A DNA stretch of 64,000 nucleotides from Octopus sinensis (Eukaryota), in assembly GCF_006345805.1 (NCBI RefSeq), contig NC_042998.1:43028001-43092000 (forward strand). The letters are read 5' to 3'. A model generated the notes under the pieces. It was not told where the DNA came from. It did not search any database and was given only the letters and a program-made list of their open reading frames with translations. This document shows positions 39,797 through 51,348 of this stretch, piece by piece. A program made the position numbers and the translations under genes. The number at the start of each line of letters is the position of its first letter. Within the stretch, counting starts at the first letter, position 1.

Positions 39797-40149
39797 TATA
39801 TACATACATATATATATATATGTATATATACGCGGGGTGGCGGCGTCATTCAAAGGCTAAAACAATGCGAACGCATTGTGACCAGCGATGTGTAACAACA
39901 TCTGATGGTCTGGTCGGTCACGTGATCATGTGATATATATATATATGTATATGTATATATATATATGTATTTGTATATGTATACGACGGGCTTTCAGTTT
40001 CCCCTCTACCAAATCCACTCACAAGGCTTTGGCTGGCCTGAGGCTATGGTAAAAGACAACACTTGCCCAAGGTGTCATGCAATCGGACTGAACCTGGAAG
40101 CATGTCGTTGAGAAGCAAGCTTCTTACCACACTGCCACATATATATAAA

Positions 40150-40702
40150 TATGCTCCATGTCCTCGCGTTGCTGTATTTTCTCTTTGTTCATGTTTGGAT
40201 TAACTATATATACTGCATGCTCACACGGACCTTCGGCCTTCTGACTGACTTGGATAACCAATTTCTGGAATTTTTACACCTGCAGATTACTGTTACCATT
40301 CATCAGGAGTATGCCACTCTAATCGTGATTGGAAATCATCAAAAATTTGTCTGTGACTTATCCATTTTTTCTCGTCCTCTTTTTACCTTTCTTCTTTCTT
40401 CTACTTTCACTTTTCTCTTTTTGTCACCACCATTTACACATACACCGACATTCACACCCTCTTTCCATGCCTGTCACCCATTCCCTTCTGGTCATTTCAA
40501 TATGTAACCGCATGTGTATTGTTGGCGATTTTCTTTCACCTTCTTCCCTTCCTTGGACCTTTCCTTTTTCTATGTTTCTGACGAAGAGCTCCACACATTA
40601 AACTCTCCTTCTTTCTTTCCTTTCCTGAGCGTCCAATAACACTATACTTGTTCCACGTCCTCGCGTTGTTGTGCTTTCTCTTTGCGTTTTCATGTTTGGA
40701 TG

Positions 40703-40746
<44 letters not shown>

Positions 40747-40750
40747 TTGT
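40150..40750. mobile_element. PLE- or retrozyme-like remnant with a direct repeat and decayed hammerhead motifs
   Basis: Direct repeat TCCA(T/C)GTCCTCGCGTTG...CATGTTTGGAT(T/G)AACTATATA at about 40155 and 40652. CTGACGAAGAGCT half-core at 40578 (+), and CTGATGA...GAAATTGGTT at 40306-40256 (-). Confidence 0.5.
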
Positions 40751-41958
40751 GTGTGTTGCATGTGAGAAAAACAGAAATGGGGTTCATAATTCACAATAAC
40801 TATTTCGGCAGCATTCTATTGATGTATTCTTAGATTACATCATGGCAAAGACTCACCATTGTTAAGTAAATTGTTAACATATTAACTGGTAAGGCAGAAA
40901 TAGAAGATGACTAGTTCACCAACAACAATGGTACAACAAGTGAAGTTTCTGAGAAGGTATAATAGAATTTAAAGAGAAAATGGGTCAGATACATGGAGGG
41001 CAACCAGTTCAAAACTACCCTATTTTTCAAGTTGCTCTCTTAATTTATAACACTGGCCAGTGATCAAGGACCATGCAGTTTATCTAAAATAGGAAATAAA
41101 AGAAAATACATATTCAAGGAAGTCAAACTGATAAGACAGGCTTCAAAAGAAAATAAGAACTGGGATTGACTAGTTCTTCTAAAATAATTCAAGGTGGTGC
41201 CCCAGTCTGGCCACAGTCTAATGACTGAAACAAGTGAAAGCTAAAAGATATATATATATATATTTTTATGTATGTATGTGTGCACATGTTAATATACATG
41301 TAAGCATGTACATGTGTGTGTGTATATGTCTGTTGTGTGCTTTGCACATATATCAGCTTAATTAGGATGTCTATACATCTGTATGCACCAACATGTATAT
41401 ATGTTGCATGAGTGCATGTGCATATATTAGATTATATATGCATATGTGAGAGTATACTGAGGTCCTTGTATATGTACATAGATAAACTGGACGGATGACG
41501 TGTAGATGTATGTACAGTGCATACTAATATATAGATACACACACACACACACAAATACACACACACACACACACACATAAACATTGGTCAAATTTATGGT
41601 GACAGTCCATACCTCCTTAACTCTTTAGTCTGGTATCTTATCTGTACAATTTCCTTGAATATGTTGCTCTCCATGTATCTGAACCACTTCCTTTATAAAT
41701 TCTATTGTACCTTCTCAAAATTTCTCTTTCCTCGTCATTGTTATTGGTGAACTGGTTACCTTCTATTTCTACCTTATCATCATCATCATCGTCATCATCA
41801 TCGTTTAACGTCCGCTTTCCATGCTAGCATGGGTTGGACGGTTCAACTAGGGTCTGGCAAGCTCGAAGGCTGCACCAGGCCAGTCAGATCTGGCAGTGTT
41901 TCTACAGCTGGATGCCCTTCCTAACGCCAACCACTCCAAGAGTGTAGTGGGTGATTTT

Positions 41959-42358
41959 ATGTGCCACCGACACAGGTGCCAGACGAGGCTGGCAGACGGC
42001 CACTCTCGGATGGTGATTTTATGTGCCACCGACACAGGTGCCAGACGAGGCTGGCAGACGGCAACGCTCGGATGGTGTTTTTTATGTGCCACCGACACAG
42101 GTGCCAGACGAGGCTGGCAGATGGCCACGCTCAGATGGTGCTTTCTTATGTGCCACCGACACAGGTGCCAGATGAGGCTGGCAGATGGCCACGCTCGGAT
42201 GGTGTTTTCTTATGTGCCACCGACACAGGTGCCAGACGAGGCTGGCGAACGGCCACGCTCGGATGGTGTTTGTTACATGCCCTCAGCACGGAGGCCAGTC
42301 GATGCGGTACTGGCTACGGTCACGTTCGGATGGTTTTCTTATGTGCCACCGGCACTGG
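41959..42358 (-). repeat. Tandem array of 62-64 bp units in the LINE 3' UTR
   Basis: Unit starts (ATGTGCCACC on +) at 41959, 42021, 42084, 42148 and 42212, then a diverged unit at about 42275 and a partial unit at 42341. Confidence 0.95.
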
Positions 42359-42533
42359 TACCACAAGGATGCAAATTCCATTGATGTTCATCTATTTTGA
42401 TTTGGTTTGATTTGATTTGATTTTGATTTTAATTTTCACTTGCCTCAACAGGTCTTCACAAGTGTCACAAGAAGGAAGGTATGCACAGGTGGACTGACTA
42501 CGTCCCAGGTAGGGGCCACGGGTTATGGCTTCA

Positions 42534-44105
42534 CTAGTCTTGCCAGGTCTTCTCACGCACAGCATACTTCCATAGGTCTCGGTCTCTAGTCATTTCCCTG
42601 GTGAGACCTAACGTTCGAAGGTCGTGCTTCACCACCTCGTCCCAGGTTTTCCTGGGTCTACCTCTTCCACGGGTTCCCTCAACTGCTAGGGATTGGCACT
42701 TTCTCACACACCTATCTTCATCCATTCTCCCCACATGACCATACCAGCGCAATCGTCTCTCTTGCACACCACAACTGATGCTTCTTAGGTACAACATTTC
42801 TCTCAAGGTACTAATGCTCTGTCGAGTAAGTACACTGACATTACACATCCATCGGAGCATACTGGCTTCATTCCTCACGAGCTTACGCATGTCCTCAGCA
42901 GTCACGGCCCATGTTTCACTGCCATGTAGCATGGCTGTTCGTACACATGCATCATACAGTCTGCCTTTTACTCTGAGCGAGAGGCCTTTAGTCACCAGCA
43001 GAGGTAAGAGCTCCCTAAACTTTGCCCAGGCTATTCTTATTCTAGCAGTTACACTTTCAGCGCACCCACCCCCACTACTGACTTGGTCACCTAGATAATG
43101 GAAGCTATCAACTACTTCTAGTTTTTCCCCCTGGAAAGTGACGGAAGTTGTTTTCTGCAGATTTTCGGAGGTCAATGCTCCCGAGCATCTGCCACATACA
43201 AAAACTATCTTCCCAGTTAGCCTACCTTTGACATTGCTGCACCTCTTATGTGTCCATAGCTTACACTGAGTACATCTTATAGAGTTTCTACCTACACCTT
43301 TTCTACAGATCGAGCAGGGCCATCTTCCTGAGGATATTTGTGGATTGTCTACCTTTCTACTTATTAGTACTTTGGTTTTAGCTAGTTTGACTATAAGGCT
43401 CCTCGATTCTAAACCCTCCTTCCACACCTGGAACTTCTCCTCCAGTTCTGATAGTGACTCAGCAATTAGAGCGAGGTCGTCAGCATAGAGGAGCTCCCAG
43501 GGGCAACCTGTCTTGAATTCCTCCACAATTGCCTGGAGGACTATGATAAATAGGAGGGGGCTGAGTACTGAACCCTGGTGGACCCCAACCTCTACTTTGA
43601 ATTCTTCTGTGTACATGTTGCCAACCCTAACCTTACTTACGGCATCTCTGTACATGGCTTGCACAGCCCTCACCAGCCATTTATCTATCCCTAGTTTCCT
43701 CATTGACCACCATATGAGGGATCGGGGGACCCTATCAAAGGCTTTCTCCATGTCAATGAAAGCCAGGTACAGGGGCTTATCTTTGGCTATGTATTTCTCC
43801 TGCAGCTGCCTTACCAGGAATATAGCATCAGTGGTGCTTTTCCCTGGCATGAACCCAAACTGCATCTCATCTAAACTAACTCTCTCTCTAATTAGTTGGG
43901 CTATGACCCTCTCCATAACCTTCATTACCTGATCCAACAGCTTGATACCTCTGTAATTATTTGTATCTAGGGCATCACCTTTACCTTTGTAGCAGTTGAC
44001 TAGTATGCTGCTACACCAGTCATTGGGTATGACTCCTTTGTGTATCACCTGGTTGACTATACGGGTGACTAGGTTATAGCCGACACTGCCAGATATTTTG
44101 AGCAT
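42534..44105 (-). CDS. LINE ORF2, RT half: non-LTR reverse transcriptase with an inserted PHD finger
   Basis: Motifs NYRGIKLL, QFGFMPGKST, FIDMEKAFD, GVHQGSVLSP, LYADD, FHYLG and RRLRWYGHV. C4HC3 finger at 43185-43316. Confidence 0.95.
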   Translation of the reverse strand: MLKISGSVGYNLVTRIVNQVIHKGVIPNDWCSSILVNCYKGKGDALDTNNYRGIKLLDQVMKVMERVIAQLIRERVSLDEMQFGFMPGKSTTDAIFLVRQLQEKYIAKDKPLYLAFIDMEKAFDRVPRSLIWWSMRKLGIDKWLVRAVQAMYRDAVSKVRVGNMYTEEFKVEVGVHQGSVLSPLLFIIVLQAIVEEFKTGCPWELLYADDLALIAESLSELEEKFQVWKEGLESRSLIVKLAKTKVLISRKVDNPQISSGRWPCSICRKGVGRNSIRCTQCKLWTHKRCSNVKGRLTGKIVFVCGRCSGALTSENLQKTTSVTFQGEKLEVVDSFHYLGDQVSSGGGCAESVTARIRIAWAKFRELLPLLVTKGLSLRVKGRLYDACVRTAMLHGSETWAVTAEDMRKLVRNEASMLRWMCNVSVLTRQSISTLREMLYLRSISCGVQERRLRWYGHVGRMDEDRCVRKCQSLAVEGTRGRGRPRKTWDEVVKHDLRTLGLTREMTRDRDLWKYAVREKTWQD

Positions 44106-44135
44106 CTCTGCAGTAATTCCTGATGGGCCTGGGGC

Positions 44136-45428
44136 TTTCCTGTCTTCATGCTTCTAATTGCCTTAGCTACCACGGAACTATCAACTCGGATAGCTGGTCC
44201 CTCTGTTGGGTCAACATTCAGCAGACTCTCTTTATCCCATTCATTTTCTTTATTCAGCAACCTTTCATAGTGGCATCTCCAAACCTCTCTCTTTGCATCC
44301 TCATTTAGCGCAAGTGAACCATCATCCATGCGAACACACTTCTCTCCTACCACATCACGATTCTCTCTCACACACTGTCTTGCAACACGAAATACCTCAA
44401 GTCTTTCATCCTCACGGCTCAGAACATTGGCAAATTTTTTCTTATCTGCTTCCCCTCTGGCTAAATAAACCTGTCTCCTAGCTTCCCTTTTGGCTGTCTG
44501 ATACAATTCCCTGCTACCACTGTTCTTCCAGTCCTTCCAAGCCTGTCTCTTTTGTCTAATAGCCCTGTCAACCACGGTGTTCCACCACCATGTTACTCTG
44601 GGTTGAGATGGTACTTTGCTCCATCCACAGATCTGTTTAGTGGCTGTCAGCAGATTGTCTCGTAGGGATCTCCAGTTGTCTTCCACATTAAGTGAAGCTA
44701 TATCCCCTTCTATTTCGTCAAAGGCTTTGAGTAGTATGTCTCTAAATCTCTGTCCATTTGCAGGGTCTTTAAGCTTCCAGACCCTTCTCCTCCAAGCTGG
44801 TCTTCTTCTGGGCAACCATTTAGCTCTGATCCTGAAGTCGCTAACTACTAATCTATGTTGAGGAATACATTCTTCGCCTGGAAAGGTTTTGGCATTTATA
44901 ATCAGCCCTCTTTCCCTTTTTCTGGCAAGGATGTAGTCAATCTGGCTGGTGTGTCTGCCAGAATGGTAGGTGACTAGGTGAGAGGTGGGTTTCCTGAAGT
45001 TGGTATTGCAGACCATAAGGTCATTTGCATCGCAGAACTCCAGCAGCCTGGTTCCCTCCTCATTACGAGAGCCAAAACCGTAGCCTCCATGGACGCCATG
45101 GAAGCCCCCGACATGTCGTCCAACATGTCCATTGAAATCACCTGCCACGAAGAGAAGGTCACTGTCATTTGTCAACGAGGTAGTCCGCAATAGGGTGTCA
45201 TAGAATTGGTCTTTTTGTCCTTCCAGTAGCCCTGGTTGAGGGGCATATGCTGAGATGATGGTAGCTGTCCTATTGTGTAGGACTAATCTAATTTTAATTA
45301 CTCTGTCACTTACTCTGACTACCTCGATTACCTTACCTACCCATTTCTCCGCAAGAAGTATACCCACGCCCCCGACCCCGTCAGTGTTCCCTGCCCAGAA
45401 AATCTTGTACCTGTGTTCCTTGCCTCTG
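44136..45428 (-). CDS. LINE ORF2, N-terminal half: apurinic-type endonuclease and tether, separated from RT by a 1-nt deletion
   Basis: Motifs ISAYAPQ, VAGDFNGHVG, SQIDYIL and PQHRLVV. GKAPGPSG is broken because GGA AAA GCC reads GGA AAG CC at 44136-44138. Confidence 0.95.
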
Positions 45429-46734
45429 TTTATATATTTAAAATTTACCTGACGATGGTGTAATCAAAGGATGCATCTATAAAATGTTGCTGAAATAAGT
45501 TTTTGTGAATTTTGAACCCCACTTATTGTTTGTTAGTGGTACACTGTATATATACATACACACATACAACTATCTATATATAAAAATATACTCATAGACA
45601 GATACATATATACATAAGTACCCAATCCAATACACACACACATGTACATGCTTACATGTATATTCACATGTGCACACATACATACATAAATATATATATA
45701 TATATATCTTTTAGCTTTTACTTGTTTCAGTCATTAGACTACGGCCAGACTGGGGCACCACCTTGAATTATTTTAGAAGAACTAGTCAATCCCAGTTCTT
45801 ATTTTCTTTTGAAGCCTGTCTTATCAGTTTGACCTCCTTGAATATGTATTTTCTTTTATTTCCTATTTTAGATAAACTGCATGGTCCTTGATCACTGGCC
45901 AGAGTTATAAATTAAGAGAGCAACAAAGAGTTTTATGTTACGACATGGAATATAAACGTTCGTGCATACACAATACACACAAACAGGTGCATGCACACAC
46001 ATACAAACACACACACATGCAAACACATGCACATGCACACACACACGTATGAAGATGTACATACACATGCACACTCACACACACACACACACACACGCAC
46101 GCACACACACATGCACACACATTACAAGTTTCTAAATAGTTTCTCTACAAACTTCCCTCATAGTGCATTGGTTGGCTTAATAGAAAATACTTGCATTCAG
46201 TACCATGCAGTAAGACTGAACCCAAACACCGCATATTTATGAAGCAAATGCTGTATTCCCAACCCATGTATGTATTTAATCCCTTAGATAAGAGGAAAGA
46301 TTAGTAGCTACGACCCTTTACAGGCCTTCTCTCATGACCCTTTACAAGATTTCTGAGACAGATGGAAGAATGGTATCTCTCTCCATACTAAAGATTTAAC
46401 CGAAATACATGCAACAGAGTGGACTCTGCTATAGCAACGAAAGATGATGTGGTGGTGTTAAATCCTAAATAGGCCGCAGTGGAATTTGAATTCAGAATGC
46501 AAAGCCTGGAACAAATACAGTGAGGCCACTGCTCTAGACTAGTACTTTATTTATTGATTTGGGAAGGATGAAAGGCAAAATTAAATTTTAGCAAGATTTA
46601 AATTCACACTAAAAGGAGCTGGAATTGTTATTTCATCTGATGTTCTAAAGACTATACAAATTCACCCCACCTCATACATACATACATACAAACATACATA
46701 CATACATACATACATATATCTACATACACACACT

Positions 46735-46765
<31 letters not shown>

Positions 46766-46884
46766 AAACACACTCACTCACACACACACGCATATACATA
46801 TGTATGTATATACATGGTGATTGCTTCAGCTTCATTGGTGATTGTTGTCTCCTTGCGTTTCCTCAGTCACAGATTGGCTTACAT

Positions 46885-47242
46885 ACACATTAAGACAAAA
46901 TGAATCGAAATCGATCAAAATCAATGGAAATTGTAAATGTGATACCAGTGCTGGTGGCACGTAAGAGAACCATCCGATCGTGGCCAACTGGCCTCTGTGC
47001 CGGTGGCACATAAAAAGCACCAGCCGATTGTGGCCATTGCCAGCCTCGTCTGGCACCTGTGCCGGTGGCACATAAAAAGCACCCACTACACTCATGGAGT
47101 GGTTGGCGTTAAGAAGGACATCCAGCTGTAGAAACACTACCAGATCAAACTGGGCCTGGTGCAGCCTTTTGGCTTCCCAGACCCCAGTTGAACCGTCCAA
47201 CCCATGCTAGCATGGAAAGCGGACGTTAAACGATGATGATGA
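46885..47242 (+). mobile_element. 3' fragment of the same RTE family, with about three hairpin units and a (GAT)n tail
   Basis: Near-identical 3' terminus to the 41.8 kb LINE, with units GCCAGCCTCGTCTGGCACCTGTGCCGGTGGCAC. Confidence 0.9.
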
Positions 47243-47269
47243 AATACATGGCTTACAACCAAGAAAATA

Positions 47270-47870
47270 GCTACCTTTTAACAATAAATGGATATGAATT
47301 GGAAAAAGCAGATGATTTCTGATATTTGAGCTCATGGGTTGATACAGGTGAGAAGGACATTAAAACCCACATTGCTAAAGCATGGTCAGCTCTGTTGAAG
47401 ATGAACACCATTTGGAAATGAAATCTAAACAGAAAATTTAAGGTTAGCTTCTTTCTAAGTGACAATAGAAACTTTGCTCCTATGTGGCTGCACCACATGG
47501 ACTCTAGGCACTGGAAGGAAAACTAGATGAAACATAGATTTCTGAGAGCAACACTTAACATTAACTGGCAATCCCATATGACCAATCAAGCTATTTATGA
47601 TTATCTTTCAAGAATTACCTTCACCATAAAGGAAAGAAGACTGACGTCCCATGGACACTGATTTCATAGCAAGGATAAAGTAGTGAGACAAATGTTAATG
47701 TGGAAATCAACACACAGAAAGAAACCTAGGGGTAATCCTGCAAGGATATTCATTGACCAATTGGTTGAAGACTCCAGTCTGCTGAAGAGTGATCTACCAA
47801 GAACAGTGCAGGAGAAGAAATTCTGGAGACAAGTGGTTGATGGTGTTCTGCAGATAATAATGCAATAGGG
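47270..47870 (+). mobile_element. Old RTE-like LINE ORF2 C-terminal fragment of a different family
   Basis: Broken frames read DDF*YLSSW, IAKAWSAL, TWTL, LRATLNINWQSHMTN, KERRLTSHGH and RGNPARIFIDQL. Confidence 0.75.
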
Positions 47871-49717
47871 TAGGTAGGCATGTCTGTGGAATGCTCAAGC
47901 ATTTTGCATGATAATTCAACCAGTAGTTTGTCCAGTTGATTGAACAACCAGAGTTTCATAAACTGAAATTGACATGGGAGTTCACCATTGTAAAGATGTT
48001 CTATAACACATTAGGTTATTGGAAAACTTCTGAATATTTTGTCAACAGGCAACATTATTACACCATCTTCATTATTTAACGTCCATCTTTCATGCTGGCA
48101 TGGGTTGAAGAGTTTTACAAGGACTGACGGATCAGGAGATTGTGTCATGTACCAATGTCTACTTTGGTATGGTTTTCTCTGGCTCGATGCCCTTCCTAAC
48201 ACCAACCACTTTATAGAGTAGCCTTTTTTTCATGGCACCTGCACTAATGAGGTTGCCATGTAGCTTGCAAAATTAAGTGGAGTCACAGTAAACAGGGAGG
48301 CAGCTTTATACTGTTTAGTGAGAGGTTAAGGCTCTATTTAAATGAGTTTTCCAAAAAACCCCAGGCTATTGAAAGGTCTGTCAGCTTAACATGCTGACGG
48401 ACCCCCAGTACTACCTTTGCGGACCGTGGGTTTCGTGGACCACAGGTTGGGAACTACTGGGTTAAGGTATGAAAAAGAAAAGGGTTGGAACATATTTCTT
48501 GCTGTAGAGGAGATGCATAAACACTCACACAATACCAGTGTGAGTGGGAGTAATCAGGTTGGTGATGAGTTTGGTGCTGACGAGGGATCGGGGTTGGCCC
48601 ATTGGGAGAGAACAAGAACAATGGGTGAGCAGAAGTTGCAAAAGTGAATGGAAAAAAAGTAATGGATGGTTGGAGATGGTGTATGAAGCAGGGGTGGGAA
48701 TAAATATACTGAATGACCTGCAAGGGTTGTAGGAAAGGAAAACCGGTTCCTTTCGGTTTAAGCTCATAGGATTTGAGCCTGTGATTGCGAGCTAACAAAA
48801 TATTTGTCATGTATTCATTTCTCCCCCAGTTTTTTGTTAAAAATTAAGGGAGACAACTTAGCAAATATGACGTGATAGGAACAAACTAATCTTTTGACTA
48901 GTACACTAGCACCTTACGGACTTAAACCAACGACAGTTCTTCATATATTAGGTCAAATGCTCAAGCGGTGAATCATAGCCAGCATGTGGAATCTGGGGAC
49001 TATTGTTTGTTAATAAGTCTGGTCGACCGGTGCTGATGGTTATAAATTACCCAATATCAACAACTATTTAGTTGTTGATTGTATCTTGTCAATGTCACTG
49101 AGGGATCATAATTAAAACGGAGCACATGATCAAAGAATTATAAAACAAACGGATAAAGGTTACAGTGATCAGAATAAGGGGCAAAGTTGTTACAGTATTA
49201 AAAGAGTAGGAAGTGGGTCAACAGGGACAGTCGCTCCCGGGGTTGTTGTGAAAGGCTGCAAAATTCCCCTCTTGTTTATTATGCATATGAATTAAGGTGG
49301 AGGCGCTAAAACTGTCTTTGTACCTGGGTGTAGTCCAGTATAATTTTATTGTCATTCATTGAACTAAACACTAAAACTGAGCTAAATGAGTATGTGTGTG
49401 TGTGTGTTTGTATATATGTATAAGAGAGAAAGAGAGGAAGGAGGGGAACAATTAATATAAAACCTAAGTTTTCAAATTCGAATTGATGTAAAAAAAACAA
49501 CACAGCTCTAATTTAATAATTTCGATTCGAACTGACGAAGAAGCTTATATGTATTCGACAGACCTGCTAGAAACAGCAGCTTAATCTCCTTCGAGACTCA
49601 CACCATCAACGTAAAAAATCAAAGGACACATTGGATCATGTAGTATTATATACACCAAGTTTGAGAAATAATATGTGATGGTCACGGCCGGTATTGGCAA
49701 TTTTCGGAAAAAGTCTA

Positions 49718-49789
49718 TGACGTCACGAATTAGTGTGTGACACTGTCTTTCACCTTCTCGACAGAATTGAACAATCGAACACATACTCG

Positions 49790-49838
<49 letters not shown>

Positions 49839-49860
49839 ATGACTGACGTCATGCACTAAT
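49718..49860. promoter_or_regulatory. Candidate enhancer/promoter with two palindromic CRE sites
   Basis: TGACGTCA at 49718-49725 and 49844-49851, flanking a (CA)n tract, at the start of a CpG-retaining zone. Confidence 0.4.
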
Positions 49861-51024
49861 ACCGAAACATCACTCCGGGATTTTATCATTACAAGGGCTG
49901 GCAGGATATTAAGCAACAACAATTATTAACTTTGATTTGACGAAAGCATCCACGTTTTATTAATTTCGGTTTATATACTTTTGAAAATTTCTGTCAACCT
50001 GAAATTTCTTATTTATTGCTGGAAATCTGAAAACAATTGGAAGGGAAAAATAATATAGGAGCGCGCACACGTGTTTGCGCGCGCTTGAGTGCATATGTGC
50101 GTGTATGTTTGTATGTGAGTGCGTGGGCGTGTCTGTATGCGTGCGTATATGTGCGTGAGTTCATCTGTGTGTGTGTTCGTGTATATGTGTGAGCGCGCGA
50201 GTATGTGCGTATGTTTGTATGAATGTGTGTTTTGTGAGCGCGTGTGTGACTAAAGCAACAGGGAAGATAATTGATCTATTTTTGTGTTTGTGTGTGTATA
50301 AATATATATGCACGAGAGTGTGTGTATTTGTGTATAAAAAAGAGGCAGAAAATAAAATAAAAAAAAACTAGTTTATTTATTTGACTACGTCTATGTGCGT
50401 ATGTATTGATTTGTATATATGTATGAATAAGAAAGACAAAAGAAAACAAATAAGAAAGAAAAGAAAGTGAAACTTTTTTCTTCTGTGAACTAATTTCGTG
50501 TGAATGTTATTAACATTCGTCTATAACTGTGTTGGTACGTATGGACATCTAGTATGTGTGTCTCGTACGTTTAATGAATGTGTGTGGGCTTTGTGTCGGT
50601 TTAGTGTGTGTACGTTTATGTGTATATGTATGTGTATGTGTCGGTGTGCTAGCAATCATCATCATCATCATCATCCTCGTTGTCATCACCATCAGTGGCA
50701 GCGAGAGCGCCTGTTGTATGTATATCATTATTTTTACCATAGACAGGCCATTTGACAAATTCCAGCCACCAACAAAATGTGTCCAATGTTCACCATGGTA
50801 TGACGCCATGGCGGACAGTTCAGTAATACCTGTAGGCATGTACTAATGAAAGGGTCCCTCCATCCAGGAAGCCATCAAATTGGTAGCGTTTGCTTGTGTC
50901 GCTCACCTGAGGAGTGACTTTTTTTTTTTATTCAGTCATTTCACCCCCACCCCTTTGATCAAAGGTATTATTAACACGACAAGTAGGATTGGGTCATATC
51001 CGAAATTATCATTCCTTCTCATAG

Positions 51025-51086
<62 letters not shown>

Positions 51087-51348
51087 GAGTGTTGTGTGTA
51101 TGCGTATTTAATTTGTATTTGTATGTTCGTCGATATGTATGTTATATAGTAGACATTATGTATCTAAATGGGTAAAGGAATTCATATAATTGGCCCAGGT
51201 CAGACAAGTTTTCTTTTTCTGGGGAGATCTTAGGTCGTCTAGACCAGCACCGCTGATATATTCCGGAGGAGACCCACAGTTTCGCTTGAAACTTATTTAC
51301 AAAATATGACGTTGATATTTCTACTTCATGATTTTCAACATTTACACA

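Larger units (their letters stand above)
41776..45428 (-). mobile_element. RTE-clade LINE, young, 5'-truncated
   Basis: APE and RT coding region, 3' UTR with tandem array, CCATGCTAGCATGG palindrome (41819-41832) and (GAT)n tail. Homology stops just 5' of KEHRYKIFWAG. No convincing TSD was seen. Confidence 0.95.

Noticed and set aside
41959-42358. CRISPR-like array
   Set aside because: The units are near-identical along their whole length with no unique spacers, there are no cas genes, and the context is a eukaryotic LINE 3' UTR.
49533-49580. CTGACGA...GAAA as a hammerhead (similar cases at 45449, 53846-53880, 54594 and 57332)
   Set aside because: Stem II cannot close next to the core, or the order or cleavage triplet is wrong; the 49.5 kb case is a GAAA-loop hairpin in a repeat also seen at about 51915.
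50743-50846. Possible terminal exon DRPFDKFQPPTKCVQCSPWYDAMADSSVIPVGMY* after a good acceptor
   Set aside because: No upstream partner exons were found and no protein family was recognised.
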